Position numbers and translations under genes: made by a program. From contig MU058815.1 in assembly GCA_013265495.1 (NCBI GenBank), positions 62,001-126,000 of the forward strand: a stretch of 64,000 bases of DNA. The letters run 5' to 3'. The notes beneath the pieces are model-generated. The model was not told where the DNA came from. It made no database searches and worked only from the letters and a program-made list of their open reading frames with translations. How positions within the stretch are numbered: position 1 is the first letter of the stretch; each line of letters begins with the position of its first letter. Of this stretch, positions 1 through 14,689 are shown one piece after another. This stretch comes from Vicugna vicugna (lineage: Eukaryota).

Positions 1-410
1 TATGCTTAATGAAATAAGTCAGACACAGAAAGACAAAGACCATATGATTTCATTTATATGTGGAATCTATAAAACACAACAAATCAACAAACATAACCAA
101 ACAAAACCAGAGTCACAGAGAGAGAATAAACAGGTGGTTGCCAGAGGGGGCAAGGGTAGGACGATGAGTGAAATAGGGGAGGCAGATGAAGAGGTACAAA
201 CTTTCAGCTACAAAATAAATGAGTCACAGGGATGAAATGTACAGGGGAACAGCCAATTATATTTAATAACTTTGTACGGTGACAGATGGTAACTAGACTT
301 ATCACAGTGACCGTTTCGTAACGTAGAGAGAGACTGAATCACTCTGCCATGCACCTGGAACTAACACAGTGTTATAAGTCAATTATACTTCAATTTAAAA
401 AGAAAAAAGA
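1..410 (+). mobile_element. Old L1 (L1MA-like) 3' end
   Basis: ORF2-end motif gaaataagtcagacacagaaagacaaa...tgtggaatcta, then 3'UTR and A-rich tail. Confidence 0.85.
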
Positions 411-3400
411 AAGCTCTTATAGTGAAGAACATGTTCTATAGCACAACTATCCTCACGGTTTAAACATCTGTCAAAATTAATCAACTACATGTATACTTAA
501 AATTGGCATATTTTTGCAAGTAATTCGTATCTCTGTAACACAGACTTTTTTTTAATTTCCAAAAAAAAAGAATCCTATGCTAAACTAAACACAAATCTGT
601 AGGTTATCTAGCTTTCCCTTTACTTACAAACTCTCTAAGGGACTAACACTCAAATACACAGAGATAACTTGAGATTCTGAAACAATACTGAATAGATAAG
701 TTCACTAGTCAGAGGTCCCCATATATTTAATCATGTCATGACATTTACCTCCATTTGAAAATACAACATTCAATAAAGCATGTTAACAATTTTAGTGAGA
801 AGTTTTTAGTCAGAAGACAATTTACTAGAACTCAAAAGCAGAAGCAAAAGTACCTTTACTTTTTAAAAAAACCCACACCAGTGTAATTCAGCGAAACACT
901 CAATTTAGAGTTCTACATACAGGAATCAACTACCAGGAACTGTTTATAATCTATTTCAGGAATTTCAAAAGAAAAGATCCTCAGACTCAGTAATTTCTCA
1001 CAAAATTTCATTTCAAAAATTTTATGGTAAAAACAACACGTGTGTACTTTGCTACTTAGCCTCAGAACACTAACAGGACAAAAGCACACAGATGACTAGG
1101 ATCAAACAGTCACATCTGATGCAGTAGCCTAGTTTAAAAGGACTTTTTCATAATTCCATTAAATATATTAAAATTCTAACTCCTAAACCTTTTACAGTGA
1201 GTCCTGACTACCAAAATGCTATTTCTCAGGATACGGAGAGACGTTCCGGCAAGCCATGAACCCAGAGCAGTGCATCCACAAGAAAGATACATCCACGACA
1301 CTGACTCCCAACCTGGAGTCGGGCCCAGGGCGCAGCACGGTTATCTGAAAACACGCATGTGGAGGAAACATGGTCTCCAGCCATGCTAACTACGACATGT
1401 ATTTTTTCTGGATCTAGACATCACTGTAGTCAAACAGAAAATTCATCTAAATAGATTACTGTACCCAGAGTGGCATCTGACATAACACATCATCTCAGTC
1501 AACACAGGACCACCACAGTGTGAAAGTGCACGAAACTGTAAGAACTTAAAAAGGAGACTTCATATCCCAAAAGATTAAAAATCACTGGTACAGTAAAGAA
1601 AACCCGCCCTAGGAGTCAGAAGTAGTTCCAGCGAAGCCACCACCTTTAACCAGGTATTTAACCTCACAGAGATTCTGTAAAATGAAAGCATCTGAAGAGT
1701 TGTGTAAGGTCTTGTTATTCTGAAATTTTTCCTCCTAAATGTTGCAACAATAATTCAGAAATGCAATTAATGTCACAATTTTAGTTACCAAGACTGAAAA
1801 ATACACTAAACATACTTGGTAATTTTTTCAAAATTATTTACTTTGTATGTATTACCTTAATATAATTTCTTACTATAATTATTATTACCGAAACTTTGAA
1901 GGCGGAAAAAGGAAAACATCGCTCCTAAGCTGTGACTTTATTTGTAGACCCAGCTCACACAGGTGCAGCCATAATGGGAGTGACATGCCACACATAGCTC
2001 TCTTCTTATTACATGTATTTTCCACACTATAACATACTTTTCGCATTATCACTTTAAATATAGCATCTTAACATTCTACCGAGTACACATATATCTGTAT
2101 ATTTACGTATATTTGTATGCATCTGTATATTGAAATACTAAAAGGATGAAATAAAATAATAAACATCGCTGTTTTTATTCAGGAAAGAATGGCGTAGAGG
2201 GAGGGGGTAAGAGTGGGACTTCTCTTTGTATTCTTTTCACACATATTGTCTACATTTCATACATGTTGACATACTACCTGTTTTTTAAACTAAAATCTAA
2301 TTTAAAAAATGTAAAGATAAGTAAAATACGATTGTACACTCTAAATAATAGATTTAAATGAGAAGTCAGTCCAACCTCCAGTGCATGGAGGGATCGTGTT
2401 ATGAACAGGGCTTAATTATCTGTTCTTGTAGCATATTAGAAAAAGGACGTGGAAGACTGAACCAAAGTCAGGAGCCAGAGACCCGACCAGTGAATTTCAG
2501 AGAAACTGCTCACATCCCAGCAGCCCCTGAAAAAACCATCAGTGAATCACAGCACAGTGCAAAGGCTGATCAGGTTCAGCAAACACCTCCTGGGTCCCTG
2601 CTGCGTGCTGTGTTGTGAGAACACCTAAGATGATTTTCAAAAACGAAAAACAGAAGTTCCCATCCTCAAGAAATTTGAGGCAAGACCACTTCATAAGATT
2701 TAAGTTTTGGGAAATAAACAAGGTGCCACCAGAATACAGACGTACAGAGAAGAGAAATCTTTGCGGGGGCAGAAAGGGAAGAGGGAAAATGAATAATTTT
2801 AGGGGGTTCGGGTTACCAATAAATGAGCACGTTTTTGAGGATTTTGTTTTTGAATATGTCTGCTTCAGAACAGAAATTAAAGCTCTAACGATGTGAAAGG
2901 CTATTCTCCAACAATAATAAATAAATGAGGTCTGAGTAAAAGTAAGATTTTTATACTAATGTAGGATATAAGTTTAAATATTCTTTTTAAGTATGTAAAC
3001 AGATTTTGTTTACCCAGACTTACAGTACTCTTAATGTGTACGTGTTAATAAAGACAGACCTACTAAACTGCCTGTTTCAAATATACATAAGACTACCTTT
3101 CAGAGAAATTTGAAAGAATGGTTCTATTATACACTCTAAGTTACTCAAACAAATGATTTTCTCCAATTTTTCTATAATTCAAACTTTTTTTTTTTTGGAC
3201 AAAATACAGTAACAAACCTTATGAGTTAAAGTATAGGAGATTACCCTCATCGTGAAAAGCACACAGAGCAAAGAAAACAGACCTGCTCAGCCCTTGGGAA
3301 GACGTAGTCCAGGCTACAGTATTTAATCTGGTCAAGCATCTGGTATATTACCTAGTATGTCCCCAAAAAGGCAACACATAAAAGACAGCTGTAAACTGTA

Positions 3401-4564
3401 CTGAAGTGTAAAGCCTTTTCCAAAGAGCATTAACAATGTGGAGACACAAAACAAATGGGCAGCAGAGGTAAAACAAAAAGAATTCTACCAGGAATTACAG
3501 TGTTACAATTATAAAACCTATTACCAACACAGCCAGTGACGAGTTACGACCATCAGCACCTCCTTCCGAATGTCATTCCGCCTTCACGGCACCACTGTCA
3601 CTCCTCCAAGGTTCATGCAAGTGGGCCTCCCTTAGAAGCCCCCAGACTGCTCTGCGTCTGGCCGATAAGCCCATCAGGGCCCCTCAGAACCATCAGCATG
3701 GCGCTGACCCGGGCACCTGGAGAGACAGCCTCCCACCTGGTCCTCAGGCCACAGATACCAGAGTCCCAGTTCTCTCCGTGTAAGGTTTTCACCAGAGTCC
3801 CAATCCTCTCCGTATAAGGTTTTCATATTGTTTAAGGGGAAAAAAATTTCAATACATGAAGCCCTTATAAAAACTAGTGACAGCTATGACCACGGGCACA
3901 GCACTGACGTCCACTGCCACATGATGCCTCTGACAACCCCACCGGGAGAACAGCGTCACTCGCATCCGACAGATGTAGAGCAGAAGCCTGTACTCAGAAC
4001 ATCACCGCCCAGGTTGCGGACGAGAAGAATCCTGCTCTCTCTGATTACCAAACTCAAGTTTGAACTAATCCTCTTAGACACAGTACATTATACCAAAAGC
4101 TAAAATACAACTCATTTATACCGAATGTTCCTAAATACCATAGAATCCTGCCTTACTTTAAGGTGAAGCTACAGAGTTTGAAGCTTGAAAAGCTGAGCAC
4201 CTTTAACAATGAAACTGACCAACATCAGCCACAACTAAGACAGCTCTAAAAACATTCTGTCTAGAAACACTCCCCCCATGTCCCCTGCACTGCTCTGGGT
4301 AGACTCGAAATGCTCAAAACATACTTGTGGGATGAATAAAACACTGTATGCTGTTCCCTCAAGTGTCTGATTATCTCAAGTGGATTATCCCATTTATATT
4401 TTTACTGAAAAAAAAATTTTTTATGCCTCAGTCAACTTCTATCTTCATTTACTTATTAGTAAATTACAATGATACTGCATATTATCAGCATTTTTACCTT
4501 TATTAGCTACATTTTTTACTAACTGAAACAGATTCATTCAATCTCATGACTTAGAAATACTGAC

Positions 4565-6225
4565 TATTTCACAGAACTAGAACAAGTCATAATAAAATTT
4601 ATATGGAACCATCAAAGACCTAGAATTGCCAAAGCATTACTGAAGAGAAATAAAGAGACTTGAGGAATAACTCTCCCAGACTTCAGACAATACTACAGAG
4701 CTACAGTCATCAAGACTGCATGGTATTGGTACAAAAACAGACATATGGACCAATGGAACAGAATAGAGTGCCCAGAAATGAACCCACAAACTTTTGGTCA
4801 ACTAATGTTCGAAAAAAGAGGGAAGAATATACAATGGAATAAAGACAGTCTCTTCAGCAAATGGTGTTGGGAAAACTGGACAGCAGCCTGTAAAGCAATG
4901 AAGCTAGAACACTCCCTTACATCATACACAAAAATCAACTCAAAATGGATCAAAGACTTAAACGTAAGACAAGATACAATAAACCTTCTAGAGGAAAATA
5001 TAGGCAAAACATTATCTGACATGCATCTCAAAAATGTTCTCCTAAAACAGTCTACCCAAGCAATAGAAATAAAAGCAAGAATAAACAAATGGGACCTAAT
5101 GAAACTTACAAGCTTCTGCACAGCAAAGGAAACCATAAAGAAAACAAAATGACAACCTACAGAATGGGAGAACATTTTTGCAAATGAAACCGACAAAGGC
5201 TTGATCTCCAGAATATATATGCAGCTCATACGACTTAATAAGAAACAACAAAACAACCCAATCCAAAAATGGGCAGAAGACCTAAACAAGCAATTCTCCA
5301 AGGAAGACATACGAATGATCAATAGGCACATGAAAAAATGCTCAATATCACTAATTATCAGAGAAATGCACATCAAAACTATAATGAGATATCACTCACA
5401 CCAGTCAGAATGGCCATCATTCAAAAGTCCACAAATGACAAATGCTGGAGAGGCTGTGGAGAAAGGGGAACCCTCCTACACTGCTGGTGGGAATGCAGTT
5501 TGGCGCAGCCACTATGGAAAACAGTATGGAGATTCCTCAAAAGACTAGGAATAGACTTACCATGTGACCCAGGAATCCCGCTCCTGGGCATATATCCAGA
5601 AGGAACCCTACTTCAAAATGACACCTGCACCCCAGTGTTCATAGCAGCACTATTTACAATAGCCAAGACATGGAAACAGTCCAAATGTCCATCAACAGAG
5701 GACTGGATAAAGAAGACGTGGTATATTTATACAATGGAATACTATTCAGCCATAAAAAACAACAACATAACGCCATTTGCAGCAACATGGATGTTCCTGG
5801 AGAATGTCATTCTAAGTGAAGTAAGCCAGAAAGAGAAAGAAAAATACCACATGAGATCGCTCATATGTGGAATCTGAAAAAAGAAAAAGCAAACAAAACA
5901 TAAATACAAAACAGAAAGAGACTCATAGACATAGAATACAAACTTGTGGTTGCCAAGGGGATGGGGGGTGGGAAGGGACAGACCGGGATTTCAAAATGTA
6001 GAATAGATAAACAAGATTATACTGTATAGCACAGGGAAATATATACAAGATCTTATGGTAGCTCACAGAGAAAAAAATGTGACAATGAATACATGTATGT
6101 ACATGTATAACTGAAAAATCGTGCTCTATACTGGAATTTGACACAACATTGTAAAATGATTATAAATCAATAAAAAATATTTTTAAAAATAAATAATAAA
6201 TTAAAAAACAAAAAAAAAACAAAAA
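4565..6225 (+). mobile_element. Young 5'-truncated L1 (ORF2 C-terminus, 3'UTR, polyA) in AUH intron 3
   Basis: ORF2 peptides DQWNRIE and [19 protein letters not shown] tail; perfect 12-bp TSD AGAAATACTGAC at 4553-4564 and 6226-6237; stop at 5150 and frameshift near 5395. Confidence 0.96.
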
Positions 6226-6782
6226 AGAAATACTGACAAATATGGAAAATGCAAGGCAACTTGATCTCTGGCTTTTGGTAATACAGCACAAATGGAGAAC
6301 AGACCAGCTTTCGTTGCTGTAGATACCAATTTAGAAATCTGACTTGTGGACACATACTTGAGTGAGAACTACGACAAACACCAATCTCCAAAGCAAATGT
6401 CTATACTTAACACTTTGTCCTGGGGCAGCTACTGCTACTCAAATAAAGCATTTTTTAAACAACTCATAAATACAGAACACACTGTTGTGACTAAAAGACG
6501 CAATGTTTCCTTCCCAGTTGATCTTTCATAAATATTATTCATGTACTAGCAAGGAATATTTTAATGGCTCAAATTATTCTTTCAACTTCCAAAACAACTT
6601 TTCCACACGTTGTAAAAGTCTCTAATACTGACAAAGCATTTTTCTTTTCTTGTAAAGCAGTAAAAAAACAGACAAAGAGGAATTGTTGGTAATGACATTC
6701 AAACCACAGAACACTTTATAATGGAAAACAGGCGATCACTAAGGAAAAATTAGACTACAGTTTTAAAAACTTAATCTATTTA

Positions 6783-6875
<93 letters not shown>

Positions 6876-6985
6876 CTAAACAGAAACAGGGAGGGTAAGG
6901 AGGGAAAAGGGGAAAAATCATTTTCAGATTGATATCAACACTGTATCTTAATATTAGAAGCAAACAGTTGAATCTTTACACTCAC

Positions 6986-7053
6986 CATTTTTATAAGATT
7001 TTTACTCAATGAATTTTTGGCAGAGGCTCTGTTTATTCCAAGCACCACAATTC
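6986..7053 (-). CDS. AUH: AUH coding exon 2
   Basis: 68 nt encoding (G)[22 protein letters not shown]. Acceptor CTAG| preceded by a T tract and a CACTAAC branch point near 7090; donor ATG|GTGAGT. Phase fits exon 1. Confidence 0.96.
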
Positions 7054-8747
7054 CTAGTTAAGGAAAAAAAAAAGAACAAGCATTTGAGTTAGTGAGGTAT
7101 TCACGTTACGGACTCCCACACACACACAAGCTGGTTATCTTGGGACTTACGAATCTACCACCTCCATGAGGTTCATGTCAAGAGCTTTATCCCAATTTTC
7201 ATGTTTTCCTTCCTTCTGATGCATATTTTTGAAGAATGTGGTATATGTAACATACTTATAAAATCAATCTAGCGCTTAATATTTACTGCTTTTCTTCAGT
7301 CTTTCAGAGAAGGACTACAAAACTGCATGTCTCCTTCAATTATCTCTCCTTAAACACAACCAAGGTAATCTGCCACATTTTACTAAATTGCACATCACTA
7401 AATCAGATTAACTAGTGGGAAGGCCGTGCTGACTGGTGAAAATTCTGACGTACACAGTACTACGTAAAATAGAGTTTCATCACCTTCAAGTATATTCAAA
7501 AGTACATAACAGCTAACAATTATGTTAGGATCAGCCTTTTTGCTCACATACTAGGTGTTAATATCTCAATTACCTTTTTTCAGTCATACTACACACATAG
7601 TTTCAGTACTTCCTTCCCAGGTTTCTCTCCTGACTCTGTCCCATGTACTTAACCTGAAGCCACCTCCATTTAGAAGTCCAACAAGCAATTCAACTTGAAT
7701 CCATAAAAGTTCATTTTTTCTCCCACAAAGCGCAGCTCTCCCTCCTAACTTCCCTAATTTCATCAGAGAGCGTCACCCAAATCCAGCCTTCCATTCCAAC
7801 TGCTGTAGTCAGATCAATTTTCTAAAAATAATTCCATGCACAGAATTCACCTCCTACTTAAAACCCTTTAATTATTTCTTATTTCCAAAATACCTGACTT
7901 CAAAGACCTTAATTTGATATTCAAAGTCCTATAAAACCAATTTTCCTTCCACATCAGAAATGCCTTCCGTGTAGTTGAAGGGGGCGGGTGAGGGTGGTGT
8001 TGATCCTTGTTTGTAATTGGTTAAAGACAACAAAATGTGCACATGTGCACAAGCCGTCTCAAGGCAGTTTGCAAAACCCATTTCTCAAAGAAAGTACAAA
8101 GATGAACTCTGGCTCATGGCAGAATAAATTTGCAAGAATTTCAAACGATCTCAGCACGGAGAAAGTCATGAAGGAGAACTGGTATCCAGGGCAGGCTCCG
8201 CATTAAACAGCCGAATGGCCTTGCGTAGGACCCAACACTAATGGCAACAGCTACCGCTAACTGGGTACTTCATTATGTTCCCAGCGCCCCGTGTTTACTG
8301 CCTCATGTAATCCCCAAAACAACCTAAGAGGTAGGTACTATCTTTATCCTTGTGGAACAGATAAAATAACTGGGACTTGGGGAGGTTAAATAACCACCTG
8401 CAGCCAGTAAGTGGCCAACTCCACCCTGGAAGGAAGAACGACAACCCTACAGGCTTCGGGCTTCAGTTCCCTCATGAAGGAAGCCGAATGGATGGAACCA
8501 GACATGTGCACTCATTCAGATGCACTCAGGACCCATTTTGGTGCTCAGCCCTCAAGGAACTAGTCTAGGAAAGAAAGACAAACAATAAACTAATCATAAA
8601 AATATACGATTCAAAATGCTCTACATGCTCTAAATGGTGTTCCAGTAATTTGTAACCAGAACTGATACCTTCTGGGGCGGGGGTTGGGGGTGCTGGTTAG
8701 GAAAAGCTATTTGAGCTGAGATTAGAAAGATGAGTAGGAGCTGGGGG

Positions 8748-9180
8748 TGTTACCGAGTCCAAACTCGTTCTGCTCACCGCACAACAGGCCAATAAATCAG
8801 GAGACGAGGTGCTGGGGCAAGGAATAGCGACTTTATTCGGAAAGCCGGCAGACCGAGAGGATGGTAGACTAATGTCTTGGAAAACCATCCTCCTCAAGTC
8901 AGAATACCGGCTCCTTTTATACAAAAAAACAGAGGAGGGGCTGTGGTTGGTTGGTGCAAACTTCTTGGTGCAAGAATTCTTTGTTCCTGCAGCCCTCCAC
9001 GGGGGCCAGGTGATGGTGCTCCTGCAAAACCTCCAACAAAACAAGCGTTACTCTCTATTCTGCAACTTTGTTATCTTTACGTGAGTGCAGAGCTAGCAAG
9101 ACTAAGCCTAGGGAACAGGGCACGGTGGTCAAAGTCAAAGGAACGGATCCAATATGGAGTCAGATTTGTTCTCTATTACA
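8748..9180 (-). mobile_element. ERV solo LTR, 433 bp
   Basis: TG...CA termini with GGGG(G) on both flanks; minus-strand TATAAAA at 8921-8915 and AATAAA at 8837-8832. Confidence 0.85.
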
Positions 9181-9819
9181 GGGGGACCGGGAGAAGAGAG
9201 AGTGCTCAAGTCCAGGCAGGGGCAACTTAGGAGCAGTCATAAAATAGTCATGGCCCCATGAAAGGTCCTGTCATCCAGAAGGAAGAGAGTATGCAGTGAG
9301 AGGAGAGGTCAGCCCAGGCCAGGTATTGTCATTACATTACACTGCCCTGTTAAAAAACAAGGAGCGACCACTGAGGGAGTTTTAAGTAGTATAAACACAC
9401 ATACACAACCGGGGGCTGGGGAGGAGGCGCAGGGGTGTTGGTTTGTATACGCAGAGACCATGCCCAAGTATCTAGGGACTGACACTTCGAGCCACAAGCT
9501 GCAACCCAGCCAAGCAATACAGGTTTGTCTGAGGTTAACAGTTAGAAATAGAAGAAGTGAAAGGATTCAAGAGGTAACATTTACAATGAGCTAGTGATTG
9601 ATTAGACTGAGGACTGAACGCACTGGAAGGAGGCGTCAGGAATGTCCAATAGGTTTTCATCCAGCAGCTGGATGAAAAGGAAATGACATTCAATGAGACA
9701 GAGAATCAAAAAACAACCATCAAGGTGAGCGTGCAAGGGGATAAAGTTTTAGTTTAGTTTTGAACTACAGTGAAACCTGAAGTGCCTATGAGACATCCAA
9801 GTTGGTATCAACTCTAAGG

Positions 9820-10030
9820 GTAGAGGTGGAGAATGCGGGCTCTGAGGTCTGACTGCTGGGGCTGAAATTCCACTCTGCCACGCACCATGTGACCTCGGGC
9901 AGCTATTTAACCTCCCTGACCCTCAGTTTCTAACCCCGTAAAGTGAAGTCACCAACAGCTCTAAACTCCTCGGGACGGCTGTGAGGATCACGTGATAAGT
10001 AAGACGCTTGCATCATAAGAATTTAATGAT
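9820..10030. mobile_element. MIR SINE remnant
   Basis: MIR core tgtgacctcgggcagctatttaacctccctgaccctcagtttc...gctgtgaggat. Confidence 0.7.
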
Positions 10031-12719
10031 TATTGTCCCTTCTGCAAACACTCTGATGCAGTAAGTGTTACCATGGTGCATGCTAGATATGGTACTGTTG
10101 GCATTATTACTAAATTGTAAAGTGCCATCAGAATGCTTCTACCATAGATTAATTTAAGTGGTCCTGGTTCCATGTTTGAGGCCTGATGTCTTAGGTACTT
10201 CCACCTCAAAGAGTTGGAAATTAGCTCTGTAATTCAAAATGAATCATCCAGTGCCAAATGTGTAAGTAAGTGGAACAAAATCTTATCTTTATTCAGCAAG
10301 GCCAGCTGTTTTTTGTTCTGTAACTGTCCCACTTTATTCCACAGTTAACAGCTTCCCAGTAACTCAGTTATCTTGCGTCCTCCTCACAGAACCGAACCAG
10401 AACAAGTTTGCTAACCTTAGATTCCTATTTTTAGACTTCTCCTGGCCTTTTGACAAAACACTATAAAAGTCTTGGTCATCTGTAACAAGTTCATTTTACA
10501 GCATCAACCCTGCTCTGTAAAGCTCACAAAACTGAAAAATGAACGTAGTAACTCAGTTGGGACTTAGGGAAAAAAATACATGAATACATTTTGCTTATGC
10601 AAAATTGAAAATGATACACCCAAAGCGGAAGTCCTCCAGAAAGTCCTCCCGCCCTGGACCCAATGCCACTCTCCTCTCCAGAGGTAGCCATGGTTACATG
10701 TTGACACGTAACCGTCCAGAAAATCTATTTAATTTTCTGTCTGAGCTGCTTTACACAAACAGGCTCATACTCATTTCCTTTATTTACTTAATTAAGTCTT
10801 AAAGATCCTTCTGTATTAAGACATTCGTTTCAATTCATAATATTCTGTAAAATGGATTTCCACTATTTATTTTCTTTTTGATGAGCATTTTCCAAAATGT
10901 AATGCTGCAATAGACATTCTTGAAGATTTCTTTTCTGTACATGTATAAATATTTCTCCAATAGGTATCAAAAAATGGAATTTCTAGGTCCAACAGAATGG
11001 TGCATTCTTAATTTTAACAGACACAACTCAAAAATACTGTCCCTATTTACTGCCCAGCCAAAACACCAATACCGATTTGTTTCATAGCAGCACACCTCAA
11101 TGGAATGAAACACCTCTTAGAACACATTTGGAAAATGTAAAAAACGTCTTGGACCGTCACCAGGGTTGGATCCAGGGTTTGCAGGACCTAAAGCTTATAA
11201 CATTTAGGGAACCCTTCATTGTACAAAATTACATGCAGGAAATTAAGGACAAATGTGAACATTAAAACCTTTGGAATTTTAAAAACTTGAGAAATTCTAC
11301 ACTTCCTTTCCAATTAGGTGTATGACCTGCACAAGAGCACTTCCTTGCCCACATATTTGAATATTTACATTACCACTAATTCTCAAATATATAAAATTAA
11401 TCCGATAAGATCAATTCAAATATACTTTTAAACTACCTCTACACTGTACTAAGACACAACAGCGCTAACAAATTATTCTTACATTATACACATTAAGTCA
11501 TTCATAAAGATATACGGGAATTAGGGCCCTGGGACTCAGCTCCTTCGGGCCATTTAGAAGTTCCTGTGGCAGTTGTGTATGTGCCACTTCGCCTGGAACC
11601 ACCACACTGTTAGACAAGATGCAGGAGCCACAGCAGCACAGGAGACCTCACACAATGAGATGCACAAAACTCCGAACTTGACACACAGACACGCATGTGC
11701 TCTTTTCGAGTACAGGCTTGCTGCCCTAAAACCAGAGCAATTTTAATAAACCGTTTTACACACTACCCATCAAACAAGAAAGAAAGAAAGGTATCCTGCG
11801 TCTAATTATATTCACTGCACTTTCAAATATATTACAGGCAATTACTGTTTGACTTAGCATCAATGAGAACTTAATCTTACAATTCACCCTGTCACCACCC
11901 TCTCCCACATCCCAGGAGGAGATTATTCTGACTCAAAAAACAGTCAAGCACAGCTCATTCGTGAGAATATCACTTTTGCTCAGTGCAGAGTTTACCTTGG
12001 CATGTCATCCCTTCTTCAATTCAGGCTATTTTCCGCCTCTTATATACAAATGAGCCTGGTCTCTACTTACTAACCCAGTACTAGGTTTTACTCTAATATC
12101 CCCCTATACCACCTGTTATTTATTTTTCTCTACTTCCTTTGTAGAATGGCTTCTAGTCTTCTAACTTCTCTGAAATCCTAACAGAAAAGTTATACATTGA
12201 ACTAAGCTATTTTGCCATAAATTATCTTTCTTCTGTTTTCATTATTGTATTTAAAGATTTTTTTTTAATGATGTGCATGAGCAGTTTACATTATCTATAC
12301 ATTTCATTTCAGGTCAGTAAAGGGGGATCTTGTAAAATATGTTGTTGAGAATTACTGGTCTACCCCTCGACACTGCTGATTATAAAGCTCTGACAAAATG
12401 TGGGAAAGCGATGGCATCATGTATCAGGTTTCAGCCAATCTTCTGAACCAAAGCTTAATGATCATTTGTTATTTGTTTTGTGAATTAACTGTCCTTGTTG
12501 TTTGCCCATCTTGTCAGAGTTGTCTTTCGCATTTCGATTAATTAACTTGTAGAGTACAGGTATTAATCCATTATTTATATAACAGGTTTTTTCTCTATCA
12601 CTCGCTTCTAAAATTCAACTTGTTTGTGGTATTTTTTTTGCACCGAAGTTTTAACTTTTTAGGTGGTATACCATTGCCTCTGCAACTTACGCATGTACTG
12701 TCTTCCTTAAAAAGGTTTT

Positions 12720-13235
12720 ATAATGAAAACACATGTCCACACAAACACTTGCAGCGGAATGATCAGAGCAGCATCCAAAACAGCCAAAATGTGGAAACCA
12801 CCCAAATACCCATCAGCCGATGAACGGATAAACACAATGTACTATATCCATGCAGGGTGATATTCAGCAAAAAAAGAAAGAAATGAAGTTTTGATACACA
12901 TGCAACACGGATGACCCTGAAAACATGCTGAGTGAAAGAAGCCAGTCATAAAAAAAAGCACATACTGTATCATTCTATTTATATGAACTGTCGAGAGGAG
13001 GCAAATTGAAAAGGACAAAAAATGTAGATGAGTGGTTTGCCCTAGGGCGGGTGGAGACAGAGGATTTGAGCAGTGACATCTAAAAACTGTAAAGTTTCTC
13101 TTTGGAGCAACAAAAATGTTCTGCAATTGACTGTGGTGATAGAGGCACATCTCTGTGAAGATAATAAAGCCATTAAATTGTATATTTAAATAGGAGGATA
13201 TTAAGGTACATGAATTTCTCAATAAAGCTATTTTT
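12720..13235 (+). mobile_element. L1MB-like 3' end
   Basis: Motifs gatgaacggataaacacaatgt and atgctgagtgaaagaagccagtca; ends tctcaataaagct. Confidence 0.85.
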
Positions 13236-14689
13236 TTAATGGCAACATTTACTTAGACCTAGAATATAGCCAAATCACCACAGCACCATGGAGTGAGGAT
13301 GGCGGCAAAAGAGAAAGCACACATGAGTGGTGGAGTGTGAAAGGAGCAAAAAGTCAACAGAGAGATAATACCTAAATTTGAAAATTCCAGAAGTAGAAAC
13401 ACATGTATGTTATTTGAAACGAGGTGATATGTGCCCAAAAGACTCAGCCAAAGGGTCTTAAAGGGTTGACTGGCTCTGGAGTGTGGGAAATGGGGCTGAG
13501 GAAGGCACTGCTAGTTCTCAAAACAAACCGTATTAGATATTGGTCACGTCACCAGCTGCATAGGGAATTAAGACAAAGCAAAACTATGTAAATTAAAATT
13601 TAAGAAAGATTTCTCTACCCCAGTGATTAGAACCAATTCTCTAATACTTTGAATGCTTTGATTTCTGCTATTGTCAACTCCACAGCACTCATAACTTTAT
13701 TTTATCTAAAATGCATAAACATTTCGGCCAGCACTATCTATAAAACAGCCCACTATTTTCCTTCTGATTTCAAAAACCAAACAGATGGATACTAAATAAC
13801 TACAAAAGGCACTTTCTGGACTCTCTGCTCTGTTTTACTGTCAATGTCTTGGTCTGCTCCAGTCCTTACGCTCCGCTGCTTTAATTATTAGAACAGCATT
13901 TTATGTTTTGTTATCTCATTCACAGCAAGCACCACGCCTATCAGTTCCTATTTTTCAAAATGGTTTAAATATTCTTAAACGTAACTCTTGTTTGCTGAAA
14001 TTTAAAATAAACTGTTAGGATAGTCAATGGAATTACGTTAAAGTTGCTGTTTAATATTTAGGAAACTGATATATTTAAAGTATTAAGTCCTTCCGTTTAG
14101 AACGTGGTGCAATGCGCCGCATTTTCAGGTCTTGGGTTTTTTCCCCTCGACAAACACTTAAGAGACTGTTCCACATGGCACTTGAGCATCTTCAAAGGCT
14201 ATTTGTTGCCTCTTAGGTGAATGCTTTTATTTCTGTATCAGTTACATTTTCTAACACATACTGAGAGTATGTGGAAAGTTTAATGAGATTTTATGTGATC
14301 TTTCCCCAGAAAATGTATGAAATATTAATAGGTTTAATAAGTGGTTCTCTCCAATTTTCTAAGATGACAATCAATCAATACCCAGAAATATTGGCAATTA
14401 CATTTTCTGCTCCAAAGTTAATTTCTCATTTCCTTCTCTTGCTGTTTTACTTCAGCTAGGACTTCAAGTCCAATACACAATATTAGCAAAAATAATAAGG
14501 TCTCTTATTTTGTCAATGCCTTTAATGAAAATGTTTCTAAGTACTTCACCATTTAGTATGTTTGCAATGTTTCTAACAGCTTTTTATAAAACTGGGGAAA
14601 TGTATCTCTGTTCAAATTTCCATTTTAAAAAGATCACTCAGGCCACAGTGTAGAAAACAGATTAGAAGGAAGCACGAATACACTAGGGG

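Noticed and set aside
4660..5877. Active L1 ORF2
   Set aside because: 5'-truncated without EN or RT core, and disrupted by a stop and a frameshift
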